From assembly GCA_001643675.2 (NCBI GenBank), contig LSRY02000050.1:310001-374000 (forward strand): DNA of 64,000 nucleotides. Direction: 5' to 3'. The translations under genes and the position numbers were made by a program. This document shows positions 10,908 to 22,840 of the stretch, piece by piece. Source of the stretch: Monocercomonoides exilis PA203 (Eukaryota > Protista > Preaxostyla). Numbering within the stretch: the first letter of the stretch is position 1; each line of letters begins with the position of its first letter. The notes beneath the pieces are model-generated. The model saw only the letters and a list, made by a program, of their open reading frames with translations. It was not told where the DNA came from and did no database searches.

Positions 10908-13900
10908 GTTGAGGAGAAAAAGAATAAAGAAAAGCATTCACATTTGATAAATTGAGTATTTTCCACTTTTAATGAACACTTAGAAATAAAGAAACAACGA
11001 TTTGGTGAATAACATTGAAAAGAAGAAGAAGAAGAATAAAATGAAGATGGTGGTGATGATGAATTTAACAAAAGCAAAGACATGCTGCAATTGATGGGTT
11101 TAAAACTATCATTTGCTGTAATATTTGAAACTGTTGTTTCATCATTATTCTTGCACATGCTGTAACGATCCCGATCAATAAAACTAAATTCGAATTTTTC
11201 GTGATTTTTCGATTCAACTAACACGTTAAATATTCTGCTATTTGAGAGTTCAAAGTTTGAACATTCAAAGAAAGCTAAGCAAGAGTCCTCACAATCTAAT
11301 GAACAGTTTTCGAAATTACAATTGTCTATTCTTCCTCCAAATCCATCTTTAGCAAAGTTAATTATAGAAGAGCCATGGTTGCACGCAATTACAGAAAACA
11401 TGCATCCACAAATCGAAGCAGAATGCTTAGCATCTTTGTTGGATTCGGCACTTTGAGAATTGAATGCTGAAGAAAAAGAACGAAAATAAGGAGAAAATTT
11501 GATTAACTCATTTGAATAACGAGAGGTTAAGGTTGATGTGGATGGTTTTATTGAACTATTATAGTAATTTGAAGAAAGAATTGCTTCTTCTTTTTCATTT
11601 TTATTCCCCTCTCCTTCTTTTCCCTTTGTTTGGCCAACAAAGCCTTCTTTCACCATTATCAAATGACTATTGTCAAGAATAACATTTGCAATTGTGAGAT
11701 TATGCACATTCAGGCTCATGAATGAGGAAGGTTCGCACACTAGACACTGCAAGAACATCCCAAATGAATCAATGATTGCATTCACAAAATACGTTGAATT
11801 CAAAATAATTTGGCATGTATTCGCTGCAATTATAAAAGGAACAGACAAGCCTAAACTGGAGAACTGACAGTTCACAATCTCCAATACATCTGCCTCCGAG
11901 TAAATCAGTGAATACACTAAATGAGTTCTTATTTCAGCAAAAACGGCTGAATTCTTCATACAGAAATACCCCTCAGATGCGTAGAACATATAACTGAATT
12001 CTCCAATTTTGAATGCGTCCAGAACAATATGAAGCGCAACCAAATCGATATTGCCAAAACATACCAGCATGCCTGTTGTACAAAACTGATTTTGTATGTT
12101 TTCATCACTCACAATCAAATCCTGAAGATACTCTTCATAGAAGCTGCAAATGGATAAATAACATAGTGTTTCACTGGAAGAAAGTTCAGTGGTATTCAAA
12201 ACAAATAAACGAGAATAATCTGAGTGATCAATGTGAGAAAGTGCTCGAGAAAACGTCTTGCAGGCCTCTTCCACATGCGCCCCACATGTTTGCGTGTCCA
12301 CCCCCGACACTCCATCCACATACACCGCCTTCTCCTGCATCGAGCAGTACAGCTTGATGATGTCCAGCAATTCATATTCAGCGACAACTGCCTCTCCTTC
12401 TCCTCCCTCATTTCCGTCTCTTCCACTCATCAAATGCCCCACACTCCTCCTCCTCCCTCCAGCTCTTTCTGCTCTTTCCTTCCATTCCATTCCATTCCCT
12501 TTCCTCTTCCCATTCCCATTCCCATTCTCCCCAATCCGCTTCAGCCCAACAAGACTGTTCTCCACACTCTCCAGCTTCGAAACATCCACCCGCCACTGCT
12601 CCTCCTCCAGCTGCTCTTTCTCCGAATACACCACAAAGCACCCATCCTTCCCATACTTCGCCCTGTTCCCATAGCATGCCACACTGCTCACCCGCAGCAC
12701 CTGCCCTTCCTCCAGCACTGGCCTGTGCCTCGCCAAGTCCACCGCTATCCCGCCTCCTTTCCCGCACTCCTCTGTTTCCGCCGTGCAGTTCCCGAACGTG
12801 CACCCGCTCACCACCAGCAGCCCCGCCCGCCCCACACACACCCCACACGCCCCGCCCCAGCACGACCCAGCCCCTTCATTCAGCTCAAACACACTCTCGT
12901 TCAGCTTGACGCAACAAACCGACAACGAAGAAGAAGACGAGGAAGATGAAGAAGAAGAAGAAGAAGAAGAAGAAGAAATGGATGATGATGATGATGATGA
13001 TGAATAAATGGATTCAAAATCATTCCTTCTTCCTTCACCATTGCTCTCATATCTCAGCGAGCATGGCCCTTCTCCATTCTGACTCACTTCCCTGAACACA
13101 CACCCAGACACACAAACCTCCTTCCCATCTCTCACATCAATGGCCGAAACCCACGACACCAAAAAGCTCGTTATGTTCGTCCGGTACAGCCCAATTCGGC
13201 ACAGCCCATGCGATGAAATCAGAGGGGCTGTTATTGGGGAAGAGGAAGAAAAGGATGATTGAAACGAATGAGATGATGAATGAGATGATGAATGAGTTGA
13301 TGAATGAGATGATGAATGAGATGATGAATGAGATGATGATGTGAGTGAAATGGGATGGGTTGAGTGAAGTGATCGAAATGATTCACACGAAGTGCTTTCA
13401 AGTGTTGTTGAAGACGAATTCAAAGAAGAAGAAGAAGAAGAAGAAGGGGAAGGCGAATAAAATGAATTAAAAGAAGAAGGCGAAGACGAAATGCACACAG
13501 AATAAAACTCCGCTGTTGCTTCCTCCTCCACCACAAACAACATCAGCTCTCTGTTCCTCTCCACACTCACATTGTGGAACACCCCAACCCCATTCATGCT
13601 GAATGTGCACCCCCGGATCACAAACAGACTCATAGCTGTCGAGACAAATGCGCTCATCGATGCGGAAGAGGGAGAGGAAGAACAAGAGGAAGATGATGAA
13701 TGTTCTGCCCCCTTTCCCAATCTCTTCGAAGTTCTCTCTCCAAAATTGCTTTTCTCTCTCTCTCTTTCTTCTCTCTCCTCTCTCTCCTCTCTTTCTTCGC
13801 TCCTCTCTCCCCTCCACCCAACAACATTCGTCGTGTCAATCACACACCGCACAGCTGACAGCCCATGCACCTCCGTCCTCCCTCTCCTCCGCCCTCCAAC

Positions 13901-16402
13901 CTCAATCGGCGCCTTCTCCTCCCTCAGCCACCCTTCCCCAACCTCAATCCCCACCGAATACCGCGGAAACTGCTTCGAAATCGCTGCCCCAATCGTCCGG
14001 CACGGCTCCCCGCACAAAAGCCCGCACGTCTCCTTGTTGCTCGCCGACGGAGACATCGACGACACACACCTCACCGTGCTGCTTGTCACCCAATACGACA
14101 CATCAATGAACGAAATCGATGAAGAATGGGAAGAAGAAAATGATATAGAAGAAGAAGATGATGATGAATGATGAATGCAATCCTCATTGCCATCTTCCCC
14201 TTCCTTCTCCAACGACCATATCAGCGCCCCGACCTTCAGCGTGTTCGTGCTGAAGCACTCCACAAACACGTTTCTGTCCGGCGCCAGCTGACGCGCCCCG
14301 TCAAAAATCACAAAATCGCTGAAACACGAAAACCAGAACGGCTCCTCCCCACGCGACCCACTCACATACGAGAATGTGCTGAACTGGCACCAGAAGCAGG
14401 GCGCATCCTGCACAGCCGCACAGCTTCCAGAACAAAAAGCGGAGGAAGGCGGAGAAGAAGAACAAGAAGAAGAAGAGGAAGACAAATGAAATGAGCTCGA
14501 TCGCTCGCCATCCTTCACGCCTCCTGAATCCCAATCACCAAATCCATCAGCTTCTTCTTCCATTTCCCCATTCCCCTCCCTTCCGATCTTCTCCCAGAAG
14601 TCATCCCCCCACCCCTCGCACACCACCACAATCCCTCCACAGCTCTCGCAATACGTCCGCTCAAAATTCAGCTCCGACACAACACACCCAACCCCTGCTC
14701 CCCCTTCCCTTCCATCCCTTCCCCCAACTCTCTCCCTCTTTCTCTCTCCTTTTCCTATTCCCTTTCCTTCTCCCCTCTCCTCTGCAAATTCACTTCCCCA
14801 TCTTCTCCTCATCCTCGCTGCCTTTCCCTCCCCCCTCTTCTTCTCTCCGTTCACAACGCTCCTTCCCCGAAGATCCACAAACACTGACCCAACACACCGC
14901 CCTTTCCCCGCCCCTCCATCATCCTCCACCACAAACGTCACATTCTCCAGCAGCCTCCCTCCCTCTCCTTTCCACATTCCTCTTTCTTCATTCCCTTCAC
15001 TCCCTTCATTCCCCTCATCCCTTTCTCCTCCTCTTCCCTCTTCCATATACCCCCCTGACGCTCCACCCACCCCAACATTTACCAGGCACACAAACGCCCC
15101 ACATCGCATCCCATACACATCCACCATCTCCACATTCACCACAGCCCCAGCACTGACATCCCGCACATACAGCCCCCCGCCATCCCGCCCCATACACCCC
15201 ACATTCGCAAACGCCGTCTCGTTCACCACCACCTCCAACCCCCGCAACACATACACACCCCCGCCGCTCCGCCGCGCCACACAGTCCCGAAACACACACA
15301 GTGAAATACTCACTCGCCCCTTCCCGCTCCCCATCACACAAATGCCCCCGCCACACGTGCTTGTCGAGTCCTCCCCGCCATCCGACCCCTCCGCCGTGCA
15401 GTTCAAAAACTCGTCTCCATAGAAACTGCATTCCTCTTCCCTCACTATCTGTTGCTCCTCATACACTTTGTTCCCCAGCCTCCTCTCTTTCCCCTCTTTT
15501 TCTTCTTTCCTCTCTTTCCCCCAAATCCCCCTTTCCCCTCCCCGCCTGCTCCCGCTGTATGTGTTGTTCACCGACTCAAACCGCATCCCCGACCCCACAC
15601 ACCCAACAATGCCCCCACACAACTCATTCACACACCTCTCAAATCGGCTTCCACAAACAAACACACTCCCTCCCAACCTCCCGGCCCCCCGGCCACCGCC
15701 CCTCCCGCACCCCGTCACATTCCTGAACACACACCCCACAACACACACATCCATCCCGCCCCGCCCCTCCACCAGCCCCGAACTGCCTGCTCCCATCGAC
15801 TCAAATCGACTCCCCAACATCCCAACACACCCTCCCTCCTCCAACACCCCGCCCCTCAACAGCCCGCCGACTACAGCACCGCCGCCGCGCTCCCGCCCCC
15901 TCGCCCCGCTCACACTCATGTTCTCCAAGCCAAGCTGCCCCGCCACACAGAACATTTTCCAATCAACGCCTGCCCCAACCACCCTCACCCGGCCCCCAAA
16001 AACCCTCACGCTGCTCAGCCTGTCCACTTGCACCGCACACCTGCCCGCCCCCACAAATAGCCCAATTCCTTCTATCGCCCCCGACGCATTCAAAAATTCC
16101 AATTTTCCAAACACTTCGCTTCCAGCGCCCCACACCCGCCCGACCCCGCTCCTGCCCCCCTGCACCGCATCCGCCCCTCCCTCCTCCCCCATTCTCCCTG
16201 CTCCCCTCCCCCGCCCCAAACACCCCACCTCGCCCACGGCACCAATTATTCCATTCTCTGAACAATTCCTCCACCCCCGCCCGCTCTCTGCCCCACACCC
16301 CAGCCCCACCCACACACACACTACTAAAATTATGCCCAACCGCAGCGCAGCACACACCCTCGCCATATCTTCCATTGCGCCGTGATAATCATCAAATATC
16401 AT
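9161..16402 (-). CDS. Giant (2413 aa) Cys/Gly-rich type-I membrane surface protein with GGG[IVL]Y beta-helix-like repeats
   Basis: Uninterrupted ORF with an N-terminal hydrophobic signal-like segment (ALRLGIILVVCVWVGLG), GGGICV/GGGVYV/GGGLYV motifs, CG..C..PC.T motifs, a C-terminal TM helix and a tail identical to the 2-3571 gene. Confidence 0.85.
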   Translation of the reverse strand: MIFDDYHGAMEDMARVCAALRLGIILVVCVWVGLGCGAESGRGWRNCSENGIIGAVGEVGCLGRGRGAGRMGEEGGADAVQGGRSGVGRVWGAGSEVFGKLEFLNASGAIEGIGLFVGAGRCAVQVDRLSSVRVFGGRVRVVGAGVDWKMFCVAGQLGLENMSVSGARGRERGGGAVVGGLLRGGVLEEGGCVGMLGSRFESMGAGSSGLVEGRGGMDVCVVGCVFRNVTGCGRGGGRGAGRLGGSVFVCGSRFERCVNELCGGIVGCVGSGMRFESVNNTYSGSRRGGERGIWGKERKEEKEGKERRLGNKVYEEQQIVREEECSFYGDEFLNCTAEGSDGGEDSTSTCGGGICVMGSGKGRVSISLCVFRDCVARRSGGGVYVLRGLEVVVNETAFANVGCMGRDGGGLYVRDVSAGAVVNVEMVDVYGMRCGAFVCLVNVGVGGASGGYMEEGRGGERDEGNEGSEGNEERGMWKGEGGRLLENVTFVVEDDGGAGKGRCVGSVFVDLRGRSVVNGEKKRGEGKAARMRRRWGSEFAEERGEGKGIGKGERKRERVGGRDGREGGAGVGCVVSELNFERTYCESCGGIVVVCEGWGDDFWEKIGREGNGEMEEEADGFGDWDSGGVKDGERSSSFHLSSSSSSCSSSPPSSAFCSGSCAAVQDAPCFWCQFSTFSYVSGSRGEEPFWFSCFSDFVIFDGARQLAPDRNVFVECFSTNTLKVGALIWSLEKEGEDGNEDCIHHSSSSSSSISFSSSHSSSISFIDVSYWVTSSTVRCVSSMSPSASNKETCGLLCGEPCRTIGAAISKQFPRYSVGIEVGEGWLREEKAPIEVGGRRRGRTEVHGLSAVRCVIDTTNVVGWRGERSEEREEREEREEREREKSNFGERTSKRLGKGAEHSSSSSCSSSPSSASMSAFVSTAMSLFVIRGCTFSMNGVGVFHNVSVERNRELMLFVVEEEATAEFYSVCISSSPSSFNSFYSPSPSSSSSSSLNSSSTTLESTSCESFRSLHSTHPISLTSSSHSSSHSSSHSSTHSSSHSSSHSFQSSFSSSSPITAPLISSHGLCRIGLYRTNITSFLVSWVSAIDVRDGKEVCVSGCVFREVSQNGEGPCSLRYESNGEGRRNDFESIYSSSSSSSSISSSSSSSSSSSSSSSSSLSVCCVKLNESVFELNEGAGSCWGGACGVCVGRAGLLVVSGCTFGNCTAETEECGKGGGIAVDLARHRPVLEEGQVLRVSSVACYGNRAKYGKDGCFVVYSEKEQLEEEQWRVDVSKLESVENSLVGLKRIGENGNGNGKRKGNGMEWKERAERAGGRRRSVGHLMSGRDGNEGGEGEAVVAEYELLDIIKLYCSMQEKAVYVDGVSGVDTQTCGAHVEEACKTFSRALSHIDHSDYSRLFVLNTTELSSSETLCYLSICSFYEEYLQDLIVSDENIQNQFCTTGMLVCFGNIDLVALHIVLDAFKIGEFSYMFYASEGYFCMKNSAVFAEIRTHLVYSLIYSEADVLEIVNCQFSSLGLSVPFIIAANTCQIILNSTYFVNAIIDSFGMFLQCLVCEPSSFMSLNVHNLTIANVILDNSHLIMVKEGFVGQTKGKEGEGNKNEKEEAILSSNYYNSSIKPSTSTLTSRYSNELIKFSPYFRSFSSAFNSQSAESNKDAKHSASICGCMFSVIACNHGSSIINFAKDGFGGRIDNCNFENCSLDCEDSCLAFFECSNFELSNSRIFNVLVESKNHEKFEFSFIDRDRYSMCKNNDETTVSNITANDSFKPINCSMSLLLLNSSSPPSSFYSSSSSFQCYSPNRCFFISKCSLKVENTQFIKCECFSLFFFSSTANLSNITFSNNSPGFESFPSFRRNVYCDNSNLTLDNVVEEEEEEKEKGNVDDDYINDNECNEGNEGNEGEIDVVEEKERDEERGRKREKGRRSESELWFEINGSSSVRRRGGEECEWVGFEPYLEKVEMEEMGKMEEIEEIGKRREKGEGEEMMKIRLIGGRLIPCNLSFCVELYEGEEKVVKEYEFVENKKETEGVGVIEKSVILRGVRDGKHDVSVRVVVRGGMGKKWQSKEVVMISGGEREGEREGGGIGEKEKMIIGICVGGGGGVCVVSAVSAAIGVVRVRRKRRRERREEEKEEDKMEGEEEEGEGGENGKGKKKKSWREKRRESMEWKTKHKRRRRRRDGFEDCGEGDMFESLRGEKREERIGREGREGDFVEFLGEKEREEKRKDGAEIELSVEWKEKMKEAVDEERMKHAFGDRHSSRHDSVCVPPSSLMLPPSSSPSSCSSPSYHSSSSIPSPSLTSSPSSPLSPFGVQQVGMGEPIGNKLPNNKLIDNKLMSSKLQGNELLKNELLKNELLKNELLRNELLRNELLPRLPKELVENYSILIELLGKKGGKGMLYEVPTIPADYQSVHAEE

Positions 16403-19400
16403 TCGATCATAATGCCTTTACAAACTTCTCTCCAAACAAATCCTTTTTCATCATTCTCGCCAAAAGCCATTCAGCATTCGCCTTCTTTATTTATATATGG
16501 TACTAAATATAATTCTATTATTTTTCTTTCTCGTCCATGTCTGTTGAGCATGGAAATCGGGAAATACATCTACTGAAATTTCACAAAAATGTTATTTTCC
16601 AACCAAATTGATATTTTTTGCTCCCAAACAGAATCATATCTGAAATACTTAAATGTATTAACAAATACAAACAGAATGCAGCAGAAGTGCCATTTCTGGA
16701 AGAAAATGCAGAAATCATTGAACATCATCAAAAGAATGAAAATCAGAGGAAAACACTCTTCATATTTGTGTGGACCTTTTTCACTCACCAGTCGATGTGC
16801 GATGGAAATTTGAAAGGGATCTTTGCGAAGGAGCTGGATTTCAGGAGAGATTTGAAGGAAAAAGAAAAAGAAGAAGAAAAAGAAGGAAATGAGAATAAAA
16901 CAGTTTGAATCAATGGAAAAAGATGAGAAGGAAGGAGAGGCAAAAAATAATGTTTGATGAGGCCATCGATTGTTGTGGACGATTTGGTGTGTGTGTGTGT
17001 GTTTGGGGAAACGAAGGGTGCTGCGTGCATTTCATTTCTCTTGTTCATCTTTTCTTGCATCACCTCAGAATTTGGCTCGTGCTGTTCTCAGAGCTTTCCC
17101 AAAAATCGATGGAATTCGAGTGGATGTTTATTTTCTTCAGGTGAAATCACGAGCGGATTCCATATTCGTTGAAGGCCCTTTGCCGCAGTGGAATCTGAGG
17201 CTGGAAGACAATCAAAAAGCACTTGGCCTTTTGGCAGTGCCAGCCATCCAAAAGAGGGATGGAGTGTGTTTTTTTCCAAGCATCAGGCAGATTGGAGTGT
17301 TTCGGTTTGAACCCAGTCGCCAAAGCAACAAAAGGTCAGAACGCTTCATTCTTCAATTCTCTGAAAGACACTCCTCCATTTCCGATGGGTTCTAATTCCT
17401 TTGGCTCAAACAGATCCTGCCAGTCATAACCAAACAAGGTTTCAGGATTTCAAGCTGAACCCTTGCAAAAGGCCAACGAATGCTCGCAACAGCAGTGCCA
17501 GAGCAAGGATGCACAACAACACATTGGCAACGAGCTCGACAACTTCCCAACAGAAAACATGATGTTTGTGTTTTTGGGGAAAGAAAGATGGAAATCGCAA
17601 AACACATTTTTCGTGCAGTCAACTGCCACCTGCACACTTTCTTCTCGAATCGGAAAGCAATCATTCGGATCAAACAAATAAAAAAAAAAAAAGAAAAGAA
17701 AAAGAAAAACGAAGTGCAACTCAAATCCCACAAAGTGCACATGGGTCGTTCTCTCTCTCTTTTTCTCTCTCTTTCTTTTTTCGCACATTGCTCAAATGCT
17801 GAACAAATATATTCTCTTTTGATTTCCATGTGTTCAGAAAGAGTGTCCATTCTTCGTTTCCCAAGCAGCAAAACTGCTCCCTGTGCTCATTCTTTGTGTG
17901 CAATCGTTGCCAGAGGCTGCTTCCTTTGCATTCCATAAGCAAGAAAGGCCATTCCACACGTTCACTCACATTTCTTGTTTTTTTTTATTATTTTCACAGC
18001 AAATGCATCCAGCGGCTCAACATGCAACCCATCCCAAACACTTTTCCTGCTCTTCTCTCTTCACACGTCTTCATCCCCCTTTTGCCTCTTCTTTGTCGAT
18101 TTCTCGCCCAATTCTTCCTTTTTCACACACACATTTCCCCTTTCGCCCTTCCTCTGTCCTCGTCTTCTCCTTCACTGCCAAAGATATCAAATGGCCTCAT
18201 TTATCGTGCAACCAATTCAATTCTCCTTCATCAGATGCATTTCCCTTCCCCATTTCCAATTCCTCTTCCAACTGCAATGAACCCTCACCCAATTTCCAAC
18301 AATTGTGCCACTTCAATCTACTTTCTGTCATTCAAGGCTGATGCATGCCTTGGACAACTGTTTTTGTCTGACTTTTGCCCACTTTCCTTTCTTTTCTTTC
18401 TTTTCCTTTCCTTTTCCCCTCAGCTTCAAGAGTCAACCAACATCCAATCCAAAAAAATTTTAAAACCCTTTTTCAATGGACTTCGAATCCTGTAAATCTT
18501 CGTGAGAAAATTCTTTCATCAAATAATTCCTTTGGTTTTGTTTCACTCAGGCAATCCTCCTATCCCTTCAACTTTCCATTCATCTCTTTCTGCAAATCAT
18601 TCGTCCTCCTCTTTTCCCTCTTTTCCCTCTTATCCCTCTCTTTTTCTTCTTTTTCTTTCCAACTCCTTCGTCTTCCACTCTTTTCTGCTCCTTCTCCACA
18701 ATTCTCATGATCTCTGATTCGGAAGCAGAAGGTGAAGAAATTCAATCAGAAGCAGTGGAAGACAAAATCGGACAAGAGGCTGATGTGATTGGATGCTGGT
18801 GAATGTGAAGAAGAGAAAGAAAGCAACTTTGATGAATGCGAAGTTGGACATGGGTCATTCGTTCATTCATCACAAATGCAAGTGGAACTTGGTGAGACCA
18901 CGGAAGGCTCCTTTCTATTTGCAGCTCCATCAGAAGAATTCAGAACAATCAAGTTGATGGGGATTGCAACAGTTGTGGTTGTGATAATTGGGTTTTGTTG
19001 TCATTCTCTCGATGTCCATGAAAAGTCTGCAAAAGAAATAAAATATAATCAGAAATGTGCTCAGCGAAGGCAACAACTCAGCACACAGAGCAATTTTTGT
19101 GGGGTTTCAGCTCAGAAAGAGCAGGTTATTGAAAAGGGGGGAAATCATTGCTTTCTTTTGGACAAATGCTCTGAATGAAGAAAAATGATGGGCTGATGAA
19201 AAGTCTGAAAGGACATCCTTTCGTTCAGCAATCCCATCACACCATCCTGCTCTCGTTGAGACAGGGGTGTGTGTTTCTGGACTGTCTGAGGGAGACAGAT
19301 AATAAACAGAATGAATCCAAATATCTTTGTTCAGATGGGATGTGAACTGAATCAGAGGATTGATTCCTTTTGTCTGCGGCGCATCCATGTTATCATTCCA

Positions 19401-20389
19401 TGTGGGGAAAGCCAATCTGTTGACTCATCATCTCTCTCATCCATATCATTGTGAAGCCGACTTTGTTGCACTCATCTTCCATTCCCTTTTCAACTTGATC
19501 CAAACAGCTTCTTCTCCCCAAAGTGTTCGACAAACCCCAAAGAAAAATGCTGGTGTTTGCCATTGCTGCTGCCCCCGCAACAATATCCTTGGACATCTTC
19601 TGTGTTGGAGTCGGCCTTCAAAACGAGTCCTTCAACAATCCATTTCTTCATAATCAACAATGTTTTCACAATCAAAGCTCATTGGCCTTCTGCGACTTGA
19701 CTTTCTTTGAGCACCCACTCTTCGCCATGGAAAAACATCTCATTTCATTTCCTCTTTCCATTTTGGATTTATTTTTTCAAGGCCTCATTTTCTTATTTTT
19801 TTGTGATTTTTTTCAGCTTTTTTGAACAGAAACAAAATCACAGGGAATACTCAACCAAAAGAAATAGAAAATTGAAAATTGAAAATTGAAAATGAAAATG
19901 AAAATGAAAATGAAAATGAATAAATGTGTCGAGAAGGTGAATGTCGCACAGTCTTTCTTTCAGTCTGATAATTATTCACAAATGAGAATGGTTATTTTCA
20001 AGTCAACATTTCAATCCTCCTGCTGTCCTGTTTCTCGTCCACCAAACCTCATTTTCAAAACGCAACAAACATTCACACACATATATAAAAGACAAAGCTT
20101 GAATCACAATTGTGGTGAATTCGAAGAATTTACAAATATTTTCCATTTCGAATCGACTGTGGGTTCGATCGTCACAAACAAAAGATTTGTGCTTCTGGTG
20201 TTGCACAGCGGGACTTCTTGGCTTTGCTGCACTTCGCTTTTTGCACTAGCTTGTATACAGCGGAACCTTTAAAACTGCTTTTGAAACCTTTTGTTTTGCG
20301 AAATCATCAACAATGTTTGCTGTTTTTTGTGTTTTTTTCGGTGAATATGAAGTTTTGCGTCAAATAAACATTTGCATACAACGAGCAGA

Positions 20390-21837
20390 ATGGATGTGTG
20401 TAATGCATGCAAATCGAATGACGATGCTGAAGAGCCGTCCCTTGCAGAGAAATTTTCGAGTTTGCTTAAATTGTGTATTTTCAAAGATCTCATGCTTTAT
20501 GATTTTTGATGCTCGGGGAAGAATTGCTTGATCAGTTGGAGCATTGCAATGAAGAAGAACAGAAACAGAAAATCCTTGAGCTGAAAGGGATATTGGAGGA
20601 AATGAACAAAAATGAACTTCAGTCTATTTCATCAATTGTGATGTTCAACAAGATGAACAAGATGATTGAAGAAAAGAAAATGCAATTGGAAAATGCAATT
20701 TTGCTGCTGAATCATGTTGGGTGTTGCAAAATGCTGAAAAATGTTTGGAATCAAAACTTTGAAAAATCTTCGTTGAGCAGAAGATTCGAACAGATGATTT
20801 TTGAAGAAGAAAAGAAAGAAAAAGAAAAAAGAAATGAAGATCTGCTTGCTAGCCTTTGCGAATGCTATCTTTTGCTTCACAACCTGTATTCTGAGAAGCT
20901 GATACCAATTTGTGTGCCTTGCCTTCTGAAATTTGCCTTGAAGAAAGAGGAAAGCGAGGAGACTCGAAAAGAAAAGGAAATGGCTTTATTAGTTTTAAGT
21001 CACATTGACAGATATTACGTATGGACATTGTTATTTCCTTTTTGATATTATTGCTATTTTCTAATTTTTAATTAGTTTTTAAGGCAAGAACTGTATTTGA
21101 AAGAAATTACAGAAATCATCAAAAATCATCAGGAGCATCACAATCTCACACAGCTTGCCTATCAGTCTGCTTGGGAATTTTTAATGAACCGATTTTACTT
21201 TGAAAATAGCTTGAAAGTTATTGTGAATGAGCTGCATTTTGGAAGAGAAGCAGCAAGAGAACTGGAAGAGCTAACAAGAAATATGGATTGGAAGAAGAAA
21301 GAAGAGAAAATGAACAAAGAAGAAGCGAAAGAAGTGCTGATAATTAGGAGATGGGTCGAAACGTTGAAGATTTATTTTCTCAGTTGTCGATTGTGGAATG
21401 AAGAATTTATTGGGCTTTTAAGCAGCATTGTACAGATTAATCGAGCAGCAAAAGGGAATAGTGGAGTAATTAGCAATCAATGCATTTATCCCTTGAAAAT
21501 TGCATCAGAAAGGAGAGATGTGAGAGTTGAAGATTTGTTGAAAAGTGGTGCAATTGATGCTGTTTTGGAGGAGATACAGCAACGAACATTGAATGACTTA
21601 ATTGTAAATGATTGCTTGAAATTCCTTGTGAATGTTTCAATAAAATTGAAAGAAAAAAATAAAGATGAAATGGAAGAAGAGGAAAGAAAGGCAACAAAAA
21701 AAGAGTTTTTGGAAAAGATGGAAGAAGAAGGATATGAAGATACCATCATCAGCTTTCATAAAATATTTGAATTTCTCAATAAAAAATATTATGATGATTT
21801 ATCTTTGAGTATTTCCAATTATCTTGTGAATATTTGA
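20390..21837 (+). CDS. Uncharacterised alpha-helical protein of a highly expanded oxymonad-type family; 3 exons (20390-20459, 20522-21018, 21076-21837), ~442 aa
   Basis: GT-AG introns 20460-20521 and 21019-21075 join the frames exactly (…AEKFS-KLLDQLEHC…; …DRYY-FLRQELYLKE…). Family-type motifs: LCECYLLL, ICVPCLLK, HQEHHNLTQLAYQSAW. Confidence 0.75.
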
Positions 21838-22840
21838 GGAAATAGATTGCATTTTATAACTCTTAATTTTCAATTTTCTATTTTTCATTCATTTCACAAA
21901 AAGAAAAAAAATTGTTGAATTTTTGTTATTGTTTTAATTTCGTTTAACAAAAAAGAAAAGAAAAAGAAAAGAAAAAGAAAAAGAAAAGAAAGAAAGAAAC
22001 ACAAAATAATTTCCAATTTAAAAGTTAAAAACTGATTTTCACAAAATTTAGTGAGAGAGTGAAGGAATTTTTGTTAGGTTTTAAACAATTATTTTTTCGA
22101 ACGCAAAAATTATTATTTCGTTAGATAAAATTATTTCGTTGATTGCAAATTTTATTTTTTTGAATGCAAAAATTCTCAATTTGATTAATTTTTGGTGTAT
22201 TAAACCTTGTTCGAATCAAATCGTTCAATCCCAATAGATTTGCATAATTCTAAATCATAATTATTGATAGTGAAATAAACACATTTCTTGCCCCAAATAA
22301 CCAAAACAAAATAAAAGAAACAACAAATTTTTGAAACGAATATTTCTAATGTTCATTTTTTGGAATGAAATAATAAAATGCCATTCAAAAATGTTCAATT
22401 TTTTTATCATTGGGTTTGTTTCTTATACATAAAGGTGTTTTATAACAAATTAAATTTCATTTTAATTTTGATTTTCAAAGATAACAAAAATTAAAAAGGG
22501 TTATGTCAGCCTATTGGAAAAGTACAAAAAAATCAAAATGGAATAAATAAATAAATTGAGAAAGAAACCGAATTAGCACAACCTGTAAGATGCGGATATA
22601 GCCTGAAATGTTAAAAATTTATCAACTTTTTCAAAAACACAAATACGAAACTCTTCAAAAATGTATTTTTATCTGTGTGAAAAAAAAAATTGATCACTTC
22701 AAATAAATGAAAATGAATATAAAACATCAAATAGTGAAAGACAACAGCAAAAGAAAAAATAAATAAAATTAAAAAAAATGAAACAAAATGAAGCAACAAA
22801 TTATTTCCTCAAAAATCTCAAGAACTCTGCCCTGCCTCTT

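Noticed and set aside
16570-20300. Many short overlapping ORFs
   Set aside because: No recognisable domain or consistent exon chain. Possibly degenerate genes, but not supportable.
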